From IMG/VR virus record IMGVR_UViG_3300042261_001452, positions 22,640 to 86,639 of that record: a DNA stretch of 64,000 nt, one strand, 5' to 3'. This DNA comes from a virus. The position numbers and the translations under genes were made by a program. Positions 30,225-39,832 of the stretch are shown here, one piece after another (the first letter of the stretch is position 1; each line of letters begins with the position of its first letter). The notes under the pieces are model-generated. The model saw only the letters and a program-made list of their open reading frames with translations, did no database searches and was not told where the DNA came from.

Positions 30225-31040
30225 TTACTTCTCATAATCTGTAACAAGAAGCTTACAGAAGTCTGGAATATAACCTAGATCATTCTTCCAGTATTCATAA
30301 ATCTTTTTCTTGACAGAAGGACTAAGCTTGGCAACTCTAACCATTCCATCACTATCAGTAGAAGCACTCTTCATCTCTACTTTCTTAGAAGCCTTGCCGC
30401 TTTCTTGAATGATTTCATCTTCCTTTTTGCCTTCGCCTTCATCTTCCTTATCTTCATCACCTTCTTCTTCGTCAGTGACTTCTAGCTCAATTGCTTCTTC
30501 CTCTTCATTATCTTCATCTGTATCAGTGATTTCAACTTCAATCTCTTCGCCATTGTCTTTATTTTCATCTTCAACAATGACTTCTGTATCTGCATCAACT
30601 GGCTCAGCTTCGTCTTCAATTTCGATTTCTACTTCTTCAGGAACAACTTTGTCACCACCAACTACTTCCTTAACTTCCTGAACAGCCTGCTCGACCTTCT
30701 CTACTGCCTGTCCTATTTTGCCAGCTAGATCTTCAGCTTTCTTGGCTTTATCAACAAGATCAGCAACGGCCTTTTGGGCATCAGTACCAACTTCCTTGCT
30801 AATCTCGCCAACTTGAGCCATGGGTTCCTGACAAGGAGCGCAAATCTCAGTAGTTTCTCCCTCTTCAACTGTAGCCTCTATCTGAGCTTTCTTATCACTT
30901 AGATAAGATTTTGCAGCAGCAAATAGAGCGTCTTTATCTGTTTTGTCTTGTTGGGTGCCTGTAGAAGCAGTCTTAGTTAGGACTTTGCCCTTAGGACTCC
31001 AATTAAATTCTGAATTACCAACTGGTGTAATAATAGCCAT
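30225..31040 (-). CDS. Acidic, probably highly expressed internal head protein
   Basis: E/D-rich; LTKTAS, DKKAQ, MKSAS motifs; codon usage like MCP. Confidence 0.7.
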   Translation of the reverse strand: MAIITPVGNSEFNWSPKGKVLTKTASTGTQQDKTDKDALFAAAKSYLSDKKAQIEATVEEGETTEICAPCQEPMAQVGEISKEVGTDAQKAVADLVDKAKKAEDLAGKIGQAVEKVEQAVQEVKEVVGGDKVVPEEVEIEIEDEAEPVDADTEVIVEDENKDNGEEIEVEITDTDEDNEEEEAIELEVTDEEEGDEDKEDEGEGKKEDEIIQESGKASKKVEMKSASTDSDGMVRVAKLSPSVKKKIYEYWKNDLGYIPDFCKLLVTDYEK

Positions 31041-31134
31041 TTTTATATCTCCTTATTTGTTCTTATGCACTCTATTATGTGCCTTGATATTGTTATACTC
31101 AAAAACTAATAAATATTCCTTCTTACATTTTTAT

Positions 31135-31356
31135 TTATTTTTTATCCCCATGAGCGGCATGATTCAACGTCCAGTCTTTCCCACTATCTTTCTGAAATTC
31201 TTCTAGGCAAGAAAACCAAGCCTCTTGAGGATTCATCCCATCATTTAGCTTACTTCGATAAGCATTCATCCAAGAACGAGAAAGCCCTAACATCAAGCCT
31301 CTTCCATCATCATTAAAAGCTTTTTTAACAAATTTATTTAAATTAAAAGTCGTCAT
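31135..31356 (-). CDS. Hypothetical protein, MTTFNLNKFVKKAF leader
   Basis: 73 aa; late promoter at 31367-31390. Confidence 0.7.
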   Translation of the reverse strand: MTTFNLNKFVKKAFNDDGRGLMLGLSRSWMNAYRSKLNDGMNPQEAWFSCLEEFQKDSGKDWTLNHAAHGDKK

Positions 31357-31406
31357 AATTATTTATTTCCTATATTTTAAAAAAAATCCTTCTGTTTTTT
31401 ATATTT

Positions 31407-32369
31407 CTACATTAATCTATCTACTTCCTGTCTACTTCTTTCACGAAATTCATTTAACTTATTAGGATCTATTTCTTGATCATTATAATCTAAAACTATT
31501 AAATTGACAATATTATCTAATAAAAAGCTCTTAGGTTGATTCCCTTTAATCGTCCATCCATCCCCACCAGATATATTTGAAGATATATCAAAAGCCACTA
31601 AAAATTCTCCGTTAGGCCCACTTTTAATGACATAACCTTCTCCGGGTAAAGGCATAACTTTTCTAGGGGGTAATATATGTCCATTTAATGTCCAATAAAT
31701 AATTTCCATTTTAAGGTTGAATTCATCAGCAAAACGAATTTTTCCTCTTAAATCTCTTAACCAATCAACCTTATCTGCCATTTCTTCATCATGTTTTTCT
31801 AGGTAAAGGCTTTGAGGATATTGCCCTCCTTCTGGCTGTTGTTCTGGAGGAGTTAATTCTTTTGGCTGTTCTTCTACTTTCTCTGGAATTGTCTTAGTTT
31901 CTTCTACCTTAGGAGTTTCTTTTGGCTTAACTTCTTCCTTTTTGGGTTCTTCTTTCTTTTTAAATGGTCTTGATAATAAATCTTTAATTGTCTTAATAAA
32001 TCCGCCTTGGGCAGTTATTTCTCTTTTATTTCTATGAGTAACGCCTTCTCCAACTATTGAAAATCCAATATTTACATTATTCTCTCTAAACCAATTCTTA
32101 TTGACTTCCAATGCATATTTACAAGGTTTATTAGAACGAATTGATCTTGTGCTTAAAGGAGCCATACTTTCTATTTGAGTAATTGTTCCTTTTTCATCTA
32201 TAAAGGCAATATCTAATGGAATATAAGTATTCTTCATCCAAAAACTTAAAACATTAGATTCTGGAAATTTAAATAGCATTCCATTATTTTGAGCTAATTT
32301 TTTCCTTCCCATTAATCCAAGTTCCCTCTTGGAAGGAGTATCAGCTAATTCTATTTTTAGTTTTTTCAT
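31407..32369 (-). CDS. DUF192 domain fused to a WYL-like C-terminal domain
   Basis: ELADTP..R.LGLM...GMLF...FWMKNT.IPLDIAF; C-terminal IIY...G....RKVMP...LVAFD...KSFLLDNI. Confidence 0.75.
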   Translation of the reverse strand: MKKLKIELADTPSKRELGLMGRKKLAQNNGMLFKFPESNVLSFWMKNTYIPLDIAFIDEKGTITQIESMAPLSTRSIRSNKPCKYALEVNKNWFRENNVNIGFSIVGEGVTHRNKREITAQGGFIKTIKDLLSRPFKKKEEPKKEEVKPKETPKVEETKTIPEKVEEQPKELTPPEQQPEGGQYPQSLYLEKHDEEMADKVDWLRDLRGKIRFADEFNLKMEIIYWTLNGHILPPRKVMPLPGEGYVIKSGPNGEFLVAFDISSNISGGDGWTIKGNQPKSFLLDNIVNLIVLDYNDQEIDPNKLNEFRERSRQEVDRLM

Positions 32370-32602
32370 TTTTCTCTTGCTGCCTTTTCCAAAGTAAAAA
32401 CATCTTGCCAAGAAATTCCACTTGTATCTAAGCCTTCAGTTAATTCCTGATAAGCATCTTCGTCTTCACAAGTGAAATATAAATTTCTAGATCCTGCTTT
32501 ATTTGCCAAGTTAACACCATAAGGTACTTCTAGACTATATTGCCCATTAATAACCTTTTGGTATTGTGATTTAGAAAGAATAGCTATTATATCTTTTGCC
32601 AT
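32366..32602 (-). CDS. Hypothetical protein
   Basis: 78 aa, ATGA overlap with next gene. Confidence 0.65.
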   Translation of the reverse strand: MAKDIIAILSKSQYQKVINGQYSLEVPYGVNLANKAGSRNLYFTCEDEDAYQELTEGLDTSGISWQDVFTLEKAAREK

Positions 32603-32603
32603 A

Positions 32604-33065
32604 TTAATCTAATCTGATATTATTGTTATTATTAGCAGCATATGTAGGAGTTCTGTATCCTGTTTTTCCTTTAATGCTTATACTTGCTAAAATTTCAGTA
32701 TATTTCTTACTCTTCTGATCTTTTAAGAACTTATTATTCTCTCCTAGTGCCATCGTAGTAATAATAGTTTTTGCTCTATTAGTAAAACTAAGTTTTTGTT
32801 TGTCTTCAGAAATCAGCCCTCTCTGCTTTAATCTTTGAATGTCATCTTTTGATATTTTTGAATTTTCTTTTAGCTTATATATTTCATCGCCAACTTTTTC
32901 AGTTTCATTCCAAATCTCTACAAGAAGATCGGCATCATTATTAGAGGCTAAAACCTCTAATCCATTTTTTTTAACAGGACCAATATTCTTTAAAAAAGAA
33001 TAATCTATTCCAGAATACCCTGTCTCATTATTCTCATCTTTAGTCTTTCCTATTGGCAATGGCAT
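32604..33065 (-). CDS. Hypothetical protein (possible winged helix)
   Basis: IQRLKQRGLI...LSFTNRAK pattern. Confidence 0.6.
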   Translation of the reverse strand: MPLPIGKTKDENNETGYSGIDYSFLKNIGPVKKNGLEVLASNNDADLLVEIWNETEKVGDEIYKLKENSKISKDDIQRLKQRGLISEDKQKLSFTNRAKTIITTMALGENNKFLKDQKSKKYTEILASISIKGKTGYRTPTYAANNNNNIRLD

Positions 33066-33066
33066 T

Positions 33067-36000
33067 TTAGTCTCCTATTAGTTTTTCTAATCTAAATTTC
33101 TTCAAAATATCCCTTAATTCCTCTCCATCTTTACAATTAAATAAAGTAGATATATTTTCATTTATGTAAATTCTATACTTTTCATCAAATAATAAATTTG
33201 AATTTGATATAATTGCAACCATAAGATCTTCTGAAATATTATATCCCTCAATATTATATTTAATCGCTCTTACAATAATCATCGGATTGAGTTTAACTAC
33301 TTCATTAGCATCTAAAACAGTCTCTAATGTATTATTATTTATATCTTCTACCGCTCTCCCAAGAATATCAATAATATTATTATCACATATATTAAGAGCC
33401 AATGTATTTATTGTAAAATCTCTATTGCATGCTGACCTGACTAAGCTATTTTTTAAATGTTCTTCATTTAATTCTTCAGTAAGCTTATTTAATTTTGGAT
33501 AATGAGCAGATTTACTAAAATCTAGCTGTATTCCTTTATATACAAACGAAAGGCCAAAACGAGCACTTTCATAAATGTCTTCCCCACTAACGCCAAGTTT
33601 TTCCATTAAGGCATAGCCTATCTTTTGGCAAACATCTGGATTATTTGCGATAAATTCTAGTTTATTAATATTAAAGTCCTTATTAAGATAAATTCTTCTA
33701 GGCAAATCACCAATAATATAAAAATTGCTATATTCTAACTCCTTACATATATGCTTAATATTAGATACAATAGACTTAATATTACTCTCTCTTTTCTCCT
33801 TAATACCAATAATCTTCTCTACTATATTCTTTAGCTCTTCTTTTACTTCATTATTTTGAAAATAAGATTCACAATCATCTATTAAAGTATCTCTTAATTC
33901 TTCTGAAAAAAGCCAAATTGCACAAACATCTTCCCAATCTCCAATTGTTTTTGGAGGAATATCATATGTATTGACTCTTATTCCATCCTTGGGCATCATT
34001 TTAATTATAAAGTCAGAGAATCCTTTATTTGTAACTATTCTACTTGCCTTGATTTTATTATTTAGAATACTATATTCTATAGTTCTTAAAATCTTTAAAA
34101 TATCAATAATTTCTTTATCTAATTGTCCTTTTTGTGCAAATCTTAAAGCTGGAGTTGTATGAGAATAATCTCTTGTCATATCATCAAATAACTGAGGACG
34201 GAATCTAGGCTCAATCCATCTATAATAAAACCCTTTGACATCATATTCTGGGTTATATCTTGGCTGCTTGCGAATTTCTTTATCACTCCATGCAAAATCT
34301 TCATCTCTATCATCCCAAGCCATTACTCTATCGCTTAATCCGGGAATAGTGCTTCCATCTGAAATATCAAGATTATTAAACCATCCAAATAGGAATCTAT
34401 CTCCAGCTTTTCTCGCTTCTTTCTTAAAAGGATCATAAGAAAAAGCTTTAATATTCTCTATCTTTAGATTTTCTGTAATAGGAATCATTAATGGCTTAGG
34501 TCTTTTATTCTCTAAAAGCATTTCGAGAGAAGTATAGCCTATAGATTCATCTCTGCTAGGCTCCAATAATTCTTCCATGATTAATTTTACATTTGGCCTA
34601 GAATCCATTCTAGTTTGTTTTCTTAATTGTTCTTCAATACTATTGTCTCTTTGAGATATATCAGGAGCAAGATATTGTCTATTATCTCTTGCAATCTCTA
34701 ACCTTCTATCGGTTGGGTCGCCTGAGCGTTGAGTTAGAATCATCGACCAATCAGGCAAAGAAGATAAATTAGATTGAGAAAGATATCTTCCTTGAATATC
34801 TGAGCCAGTAGGCTGTCCACTTAAAACAGACCCAGACATATGAGGACGAAATTGGGCTTGTTTATACCAAGAGTTACTTTGAGCATGAATTGTTTCGTGA
34901 CCTACAGAAAGAGGCGTATAATATTTTTCTAAATTAGAACTCTGAAGCCGTTTCATATATTCTGAATTTACATAGTTGGTTTGCGCCCATGCTCTAAATT
35001 TAGCTTCTTCTGCTTCTGCTGGTCCTTCACTTGTAGCTCCCTTAGAGTGAGTAGCTTCATGTACAATTGTTGCAGCTAAATGATATATCCCAAGAACATT
35101 TGTTAAAATTTGCTTGATTTCACTAGGCAAATTAGGATCTTGGTTTCTTAACCCATCAATAATATTATTAACATTTTGATTGGTGGCACTAATTATTCCG
35201 CTCATATTAAGACCAATAGCTGTTCCTCCACCACTTTCTATTTGTCTCCATAGTGAATCTATATCTTCTTCTACCTTGGCTTGATCAATAGCATCATCTT
35301 TAGGATAGGCAAACAACATATTATTTTCATCTTTAATGATATAGCCTTTTTGTTCTAACTTCTTCTTAAGAAGATTAGTTTTAATAGCTCTATCTAAGGC
35401 TGGAACATAAACGCCAAAAGCCCCGCCTTTAGAGAAATTAAACACAAATGCTATATTTCTGAGAAAATCTCCAGAATATTTATTTACTAGTTGAATAGCT
35501 TCATTTGTTCCACCAAAGACTCCTGCAATTTGAGAGGCATCAACAGATGACGTTCCTATAAATCTTTCAGCATGCTCGGGAATATTGCCAGAAAAATATC
35601 CATCGAAATCTGTTGGTTTTTCTATCTTCATTTGAGCATTTTTCTTTATCCCTTCATACCAATTAGAAGCAATATTCTCATCAAACAAGTTTCTCATTCT
35701 CTTTAGTTTCTTAATTCTTTCCATTTCTGGGGAAATCGTTGAAGATGGAGTCTTTTCTTCCTCGTCTGTATCCTCTTGTGAAGCTTGTTCTGATTGTGGT
35801 AATGGCTTTACTTCTGGAGTTTGTGGAATTTTATCTTCTGCTTCCTGAGAAGGCATATCATAATTTTTAGGTCTATTTAGTTCAAAATTCCAGTTGTTCT
35901 TTGTAGCATCAACTGGAATATAATTTATATTTTCTGATCCCACATACTTTTTCTCAGATTTTGCTGATTCAATAGCTTTTCTTAAAATAACTCTTACCTC

Positions 36001-36774
36001 ATCTATGTTTTCTCTATATGTTTCTTGCAATGGTTGAACCTTAGATTGATTTTCACTTTCAAGATCAATGTATTCAAAGGCAGGAATAAATGCTGAGCTA
36101 GAAAACTCACTAAGTCCCCTACGTCTAACAATAAATAAATTCATTACCGATGCATGATAAATTCGACTCTTCATTCTTGTTAATCTGACTAGGCCCATTA
36201 TATCATATGATCCATATTTAGTTGTCTGTTCGTCATAAATGGCTTCTCGCTCAGCAATTGTGTCTGCTAGTCTTTCTTTTTCAGATTTATTTCTTTCTTT
36301 CTCTATTCTTACTTCTTCTATATATTCCTCATAATCATTAACTGTCAATGCAGATCTTGATCCCCATGGAATTCTAAAAATAGCTAAAATTCTTCTAACT
36401 GCCTCATTATAAGGTAATTGTTTTTTACTCTTATCATACTCTACAGTAAATATAGGTTTATTATCAAGAATGCTAAAAAGCGTGACTGTAAAAGAATTGT
36501 ATTTGTCTTGACTTTTACCATATACCATTTTTAACATGTATTCTGGTCTATTTTTTACCCTATTTGGAAGATTAATGTTCCCAATGCAGGTTTTAAAGGC
36601 AGAATCATCAGTATAAGAGAATTCTTCTTTGTTTTGCCAAATAATTCCCGGACTTTTTGATATTTTAAAGAAAAAATTTCTCTGAACACTATTAATATCT
36701 TTTATAGTAGCTACGTTACTTATAAAATTGAATTCTGATTGCTCAGAAGATTGTGCTTTTTTATACCAATTCAT
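33067..36774 (-). CDS. Multidomain probable polyprotein: unknown domain, HExxH metallopeptidase-like domain, degenerate nucleotidyltransferase domain
   Basis: Start MNWYKKAQ; IVHEATH...EAE; C-terminal FYIIGDLPR...RDFTIN...NPMIIVRAIKY lacking DxD. Confidence 0.7.
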   Translation of the reverse strand: MNWYKKAQSSEQSEFNFISNVATIKDINSVQRNFFFKISKSPGIIWQNKEEFSYTDDSAFKTCIGNINLPNRVKNRPEYMLKMVYGKSQDKYNSFTVTLFSILDNKPIFTVEYDKSKKQLPYNEAVRRILAIFRIPWGSRSALTVNDYEEYIEEVRIEKERNKSEKERLADTIAEREAIYDEQTTKYGSYDIMGLVRLTRMKSRIYHASVMNLFIVRRRGLSEFSSSAFIPAFEYIDLESENQSKVQPLQETYRENIDEVRVILRKAIESAKSEKKYVGSENINYIPVDATKNNWNFELNRPKNYDMPSQEAEDKIPQTPEVKPLPQSEQASQEDTDEEEKTPSSTISPEMERIKKLKRMRNLFDENIASNWYEGIKKNAQMKIEKPTDFDGYFSGNIPEHAERFIGTSSVDASQIAGVFGGTNEAIQLVNKYSGDFLRNIAFVFNFSKGGAFGVYVPALDRAIKTNLLKKKLEQKGYIIKDENNMLFAYPKDDAIDQAKVEEDIDSLWRQIESGGGTAIGLNMSGIISATNQNVNNIIDGLRNQDPNLPSEIKQILTNVLGIYHLAATIVHEATHSKGATSEGPAEAEEAKFRAWAQTNYVNSEYMKRLQSSNLEKYYTPLSVGHETIHAQSNSWYKQAQFRPHMSGSVLSGQPTGSDIQGRYLSQSNLSSLPDWSMILTQRSGDPTDRRLEIARDNRQYLAPDISQRDNSIEEQLRKQTRMDSRPNVKLIMEELLEPSRDESIGYTSLEMLLENKRPKPLMIPITENLKIENIKAFSYDPFKKEARKAGDRFLFGWFNNLDISDGSTIPGLSDRVMAWDDRDEDFAWSDKEIRKQPRYNPEYDVKGFYYRWIEPRFRPQLFDDMTRDYSHTTPALRFAQKGQLDKEIIDILKILRTIEYSILNNKIKASRIVTNKGFSDFIIKMMPKDGIRVNTYDIPPKTIGDWEDVCAIWLFSEELRDTLIDDCESYFQNNEVKEELKNIVEKIIGIKEKRESNIKSIVSNIKHICKELEYSNFYIIGDLPRRIYLNKDFNINKLEFIANNPDVCQKIGYALMEKLGVSGEDIYESARFGLSFVYKGIQLDFSKSAHYPKLNKLTEELNEEHLKNSLVRSACNRDFTINTLALNICDNNIIDILGRAVEDINNNTLETVLDANEVVKLNPMIIVRAIKYNIEGYNISEDLMVAIISNSNLLFDEKYRIYINENISTLFNCKDGEELRDILKKFRLEKLIGD

Positions 36775-36817
36775 AATAGTATTATACTTCAAAAAAATGA
36801 ACAAAAAACCTTTAAAC

Positions 36818-36851
36818 AAAAAGCCAACGAAGAATTATCTCGTTGGCCTTT
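36818..36851 (-). terminator. Rho-independent terminator
   Basis: GCCAACGA...TCGTTGGC stem with flanking A/T tracts. Confidence 0.65.
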
Positions 36852-36872
36852 TATTTTTCAAACTATTCTTTT

Positions 36873-37220
36873 TTAAACGCCAAAGCCTTTATCTAAGGCT
36901 CTTTGAGTGCTTTGTGGATCAAGATCTTCAAGAGTTCTAAGACCCTTTGACTTTTCTTTCTGTGGAGTCTTAGCAGTAGGAGCCTGTACTCTACTTAAAT
37001 GTTTAGTAGCTTCTTCTAGTCCTTCTGCTGTTAGTCCTGAATCTAGCTTATCCTCACCTTCGGCTAGCATATCTATTAGTGTTTGGTCTAACCCATCAGA
37101 ACAACTAGATCCTTCAGAGTGTCCAAGAATATGATAGGCTGCACTGCCACTTTCCATATCAAGAGTAATTTGGATTGTTCTTTTTCCCTTTCCTGCTGCG
37201 GCTAATTTAAATATTTTCAT
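36873..37220 (-). CDS. DUF2997-like small protein with MKIFKLAA leader
   Basis: IQITLD.ESG....I.G..GSSC pattern; directly downstream of the DUF1257-like gene. Confidence 0.5.
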   Translation of the reverse strand: MKIFKLAAAGKGKRTIQITLDMESGSAAYHILGHSEGSSCSDGLDQTLIDMLAEGEDKLDSGLTAEGLEEATKHLSRVQAPTAKTPQKEKSKGLRTLEDLDPQSTQRALDKGFGV

Positions 37221-37237
37221 TTTATTAATCCTCTTTC

Positions 37238-37690
37238 TTAGTTTAGAATTTTTCCTTTTACTGATCCCATTGCCTCATCAGGAACTTCTAGAGTTATAAT
37301 AACCTTATTGCCCGCTTTAGTTATTTTTGGGGTAGCACCTAGTTTTGCAGCTAATGCCTTTAAATTTCTTTCTTTAATCTTGGTTTTAACGACATTTGGA
37401 ATATTTAATCCGCCTTTTGTTTTCATATAGTCGGAGTCTGCAATCATAGTCCAATTACCATCATCATCCTGTGCAAAACCGATTGATCTCCATGATCCTT
37501 TTAAAACAACCTTACATTTTCGTCCATTAACTAATGTTTCGCCACTAGGATCAATAACTAAATGCTTGCGCCATTCAGATCCTATCATGCTTTTCCAATG
37601 CTGCATTACATCACCTTGTCCTACCAAAATATCTACCAAAACGTTAACGGAACATTTACATTTCATATTTGTAGTCATCCAAGTACTCAT
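37238..37690 (-). CDS. DUF1257/Ycf35-like protein
   Basis: MS.W.T.....L...L start, IGFAQDDDGNWTMIAD core, C-terminal A.KLG...GNKVIITLEV. Confidence 0.6.
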   Translation of the reverse strand: MSTWMTTNMKCKCSVNVLVDILVGQGDVMQHWKSMIGSEWRKHLVIDPSGETLVNGRKCKVVLKGSWRSIGFAQDDDGNWTMIADSDYMKTKGGLNIPNVVKTKIKERNLKALAAKLGATPKITKAGNKVIITLEVPDEAMGSVKGKILN

Positions 37691-37704
37691 TTTCTTCTCC
37701 TATT

Positions 37705-38775
37705 TTATTTAATATCTTTTAAAAATTGTTCTAAATAGATAGATGATAATCCTGCATTTAGGCCATACTCACCAACATCTGAAACAATTGCCGTCAACAT
37801 TCCTATTACTTTCCCATTATTTATATTAACTATTGGACACCCACTATTGCCGGGGAAAGCTGATAAATCAACAAATATATAGTCTGGAGCATTTGTATAA
37901 TTGTAAATTCGTCTATTTAAACTTCCAATTGTTCCAAATGTCACATTATTCTCAAATCCATGCGGACTTCCTACTGCCATTATATCTAACCCAATAGTAA
38001 TGCTTTGCCGATTATCTAATTCAAAAGGCTCTACATCTATATCTGCCCTTAATAATGCAATATCTAATGTTGGATTAACTTTTTCAATAACTGCTGGATA
38101 TTTTTGATTATTTTGCATTAAGAATATTTGAATATTATTAGATATTCCAACGTTTTCCATTTCTTTTCTAGCAGCATTATTATTTTTATCATATCTTGAA
38201 ATGACATGAGCGCAAGTTAAGAATAATCCAGGACCAATACAAAATGCAGATCCAATTTCTCTAACTCCTTTTAGTGCATTAATACTTTCAACCATAAAAG
38301 TCTTTTCAAGAGCTTCTGCAATAACTATAGCCTTATTATTCTGGGCAATTCTAGTTAATGATATTGAAGATATCCCTTTGTCTTTTAAGTTTGATATATA
38401 TTTCTGAGCAGAATAATAAGAAGAAAAAGTTTTTGCTCCACCGGGAACTTTAACTCTCCATTTTTCCATATTTAATTGACCTATAGGAAGCATACCCTCT
38501 AAGATAGACATATCCATTTGTTCTCTTTTATATTGTCCACCATCTTCCTTATAAGATTTGCCTACATCTTCGCCCCATGTTTGCGGAGACATTTCAGACC
38601 AATCTCCTCCACCACTTGGTATACGATATTTTTTACCCTCTAAAGCATCTTGCAAGGTAAAAACATTGTTAGCTGGAATAACTGATTTATCCGTAATCGG
38701 ACTTAATCCAGTTCCCGGACTAATTATTTCAGGCATAAAGGTTCTTGATTCTTTTATTATGGGTTTCTTTTCCAT
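37705..38775 (-). CDS. Trypsin-like (HtrA-type, no PDZ) serine protease with N-terminal extension
   Basis: GSAF, LTCAHV, DIALL, VGSPHG, PGNSGCP triad motifs. Confidence 0.85.
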   Translation of the reverse strand: MEKKPIIKESRTFMPEIISPGTGLSPITDKSVIPANNVFTLQDALEGKKYRIPSGGGDWSEMSPQTWGEDVGKSYKEDGGQYKREQMDMSILEGMLPIGQLNMEKWRVKVPGGAKTFSSYYSAQKYISNLKDKGISSISLTRIAQNNKAIVIAEALEKTFMVESINALKGVREIGSAFCIGPGLFLTCAHVISRYDKNNNAARKEMENVGISNNIQIFLMQNNQKYPAVIEKVNPTLDIALLRADIDVEPFELDNRQSITIGLDIMAVGSPHGFENNVTFGTIGSLNRRIYNYTNAPDYIFVDLSAFPGNSGCPIVNINNGKVIGMLTAIVSDVGEYGLNAGLSSIYLEQFLKDIK

Positions 38776-38808
38776 AATACTATTTTCAAAATTTTATAAG
38801 ATATTCCT

Positions 38809-39585
38809 CTAGTACTCGCCTGTTTTATCGCCACTAATATCTTCTATATCTGGATTATTATTTAAATTTATAAAAGCACCTTTTACATTATCGCTAATCT
38901 TATTGTTTATTTCAGTGTCTATAAATGCCTCTCTATCAGAATTATCATCTACAGAATTAATAAACTTAATATTCTTCCCTTTAGCTCTTGCTTTGGCAGA
39001 AACTTCTGATTCTAGAAGGATAGAATTTCTCATATTTACTTTGGTTGCTTCTTTTCCAGTTCCAACAGTAGCTTCTAATCCCATTCTTTCATTCATTTGC
39101 AAATTAGATTCGTCAACTTCTATTTCCTCTTCATTTTCGTAATCTTCTTCTTCTAATCTCTTTAATGCCTCAATTGAAGCTCTTGTTGCATCTGTTTCTG
39201 GGATATCGCCAGTCATATTTCTTAACATTTTCCCATGTCTAGGACCATTAAGAGTCATAGCTGTAACTTCGCTATTGTCAGTTTTATCTTCTTTTCTAGC
39301 AATTGCCTTAACAAACTTCTTAACTGAAGTATTATTTTTATTCTCTATTGGGGTATTTCCATTCTCTATTATAGGATTAATTTTTATTTCTTCCATTCTT
39401 TGGGTTTTAGCCTCTAAGGACTGTGAATCTATCAAAAGGCCAGCATTCTTAAGACTAATAATTTCTCGCATTTGTTCATCATCTGTAATTTCTATATTAG
39501 ATAATTTGGTTTTACCTACCAAAGAACGCTTTAAACTATTTAACACAATAGTAGAATCAGTCAATCCCTGTATGGAAATAATCAT
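38809..39585 (-). CDS. Hypothetical protein
   Basis: 258 aa, AAGGAG RBS. Confidence 0.7.
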   Translation of the reverse strand: MIISIQGLTDSTIVLNSLKRSLVGKTKLSNIEITDDEQMREIISLKNAGLLIDSQSLEAKTQRMEEIKINPIIENGNTPIENKNNTSVKKFVKAIARKEDKTDNSEVTAMTLNGPRHGKMLRNMTGDIPETDATRASIEALKRLEEEDYENEEEIEVDESNLQMNERMGLEATVGTGKEATKVNMRNSILLESEVSAKARAKGKNIKFINSVDDNSDREAFIDTEINNKISDNVKGAFINLNNNPDIEDISGDKTGEY

Positions 39586-39622
39586 GTTTTTACTCCTTTG
39601 TTTTTCTTCTATTATACAAGAA

Positions 39623-39832
39623 TTAATAAAGTGCGTCTAAAGAAATATGCTTTTTATCCATTTCTTTTCTAATCTTAGCTAAAAACTTAGATTTTTCACC
39701 CTGAGAAAATTGAGCAGCACCTAATAGACTCATTATTTCTCTATTGGCAGCAGGGAGATCAACATCCTTAAATTTACTAATAAAAGAATTAAAAGCCTTA
39801 TTTACTTTATTTTCAGATGTTTTAGGGTCTAC
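39623..39832 (-). other. 69-codon -1 frame extension of the 450-aa gene (putative frameshift product)
   Basis: A9-G-TAG at 39841-39829; -1 frame open VDPKTSENK...LDALY* with no start codon near its beginning. Confidence 0.55.
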
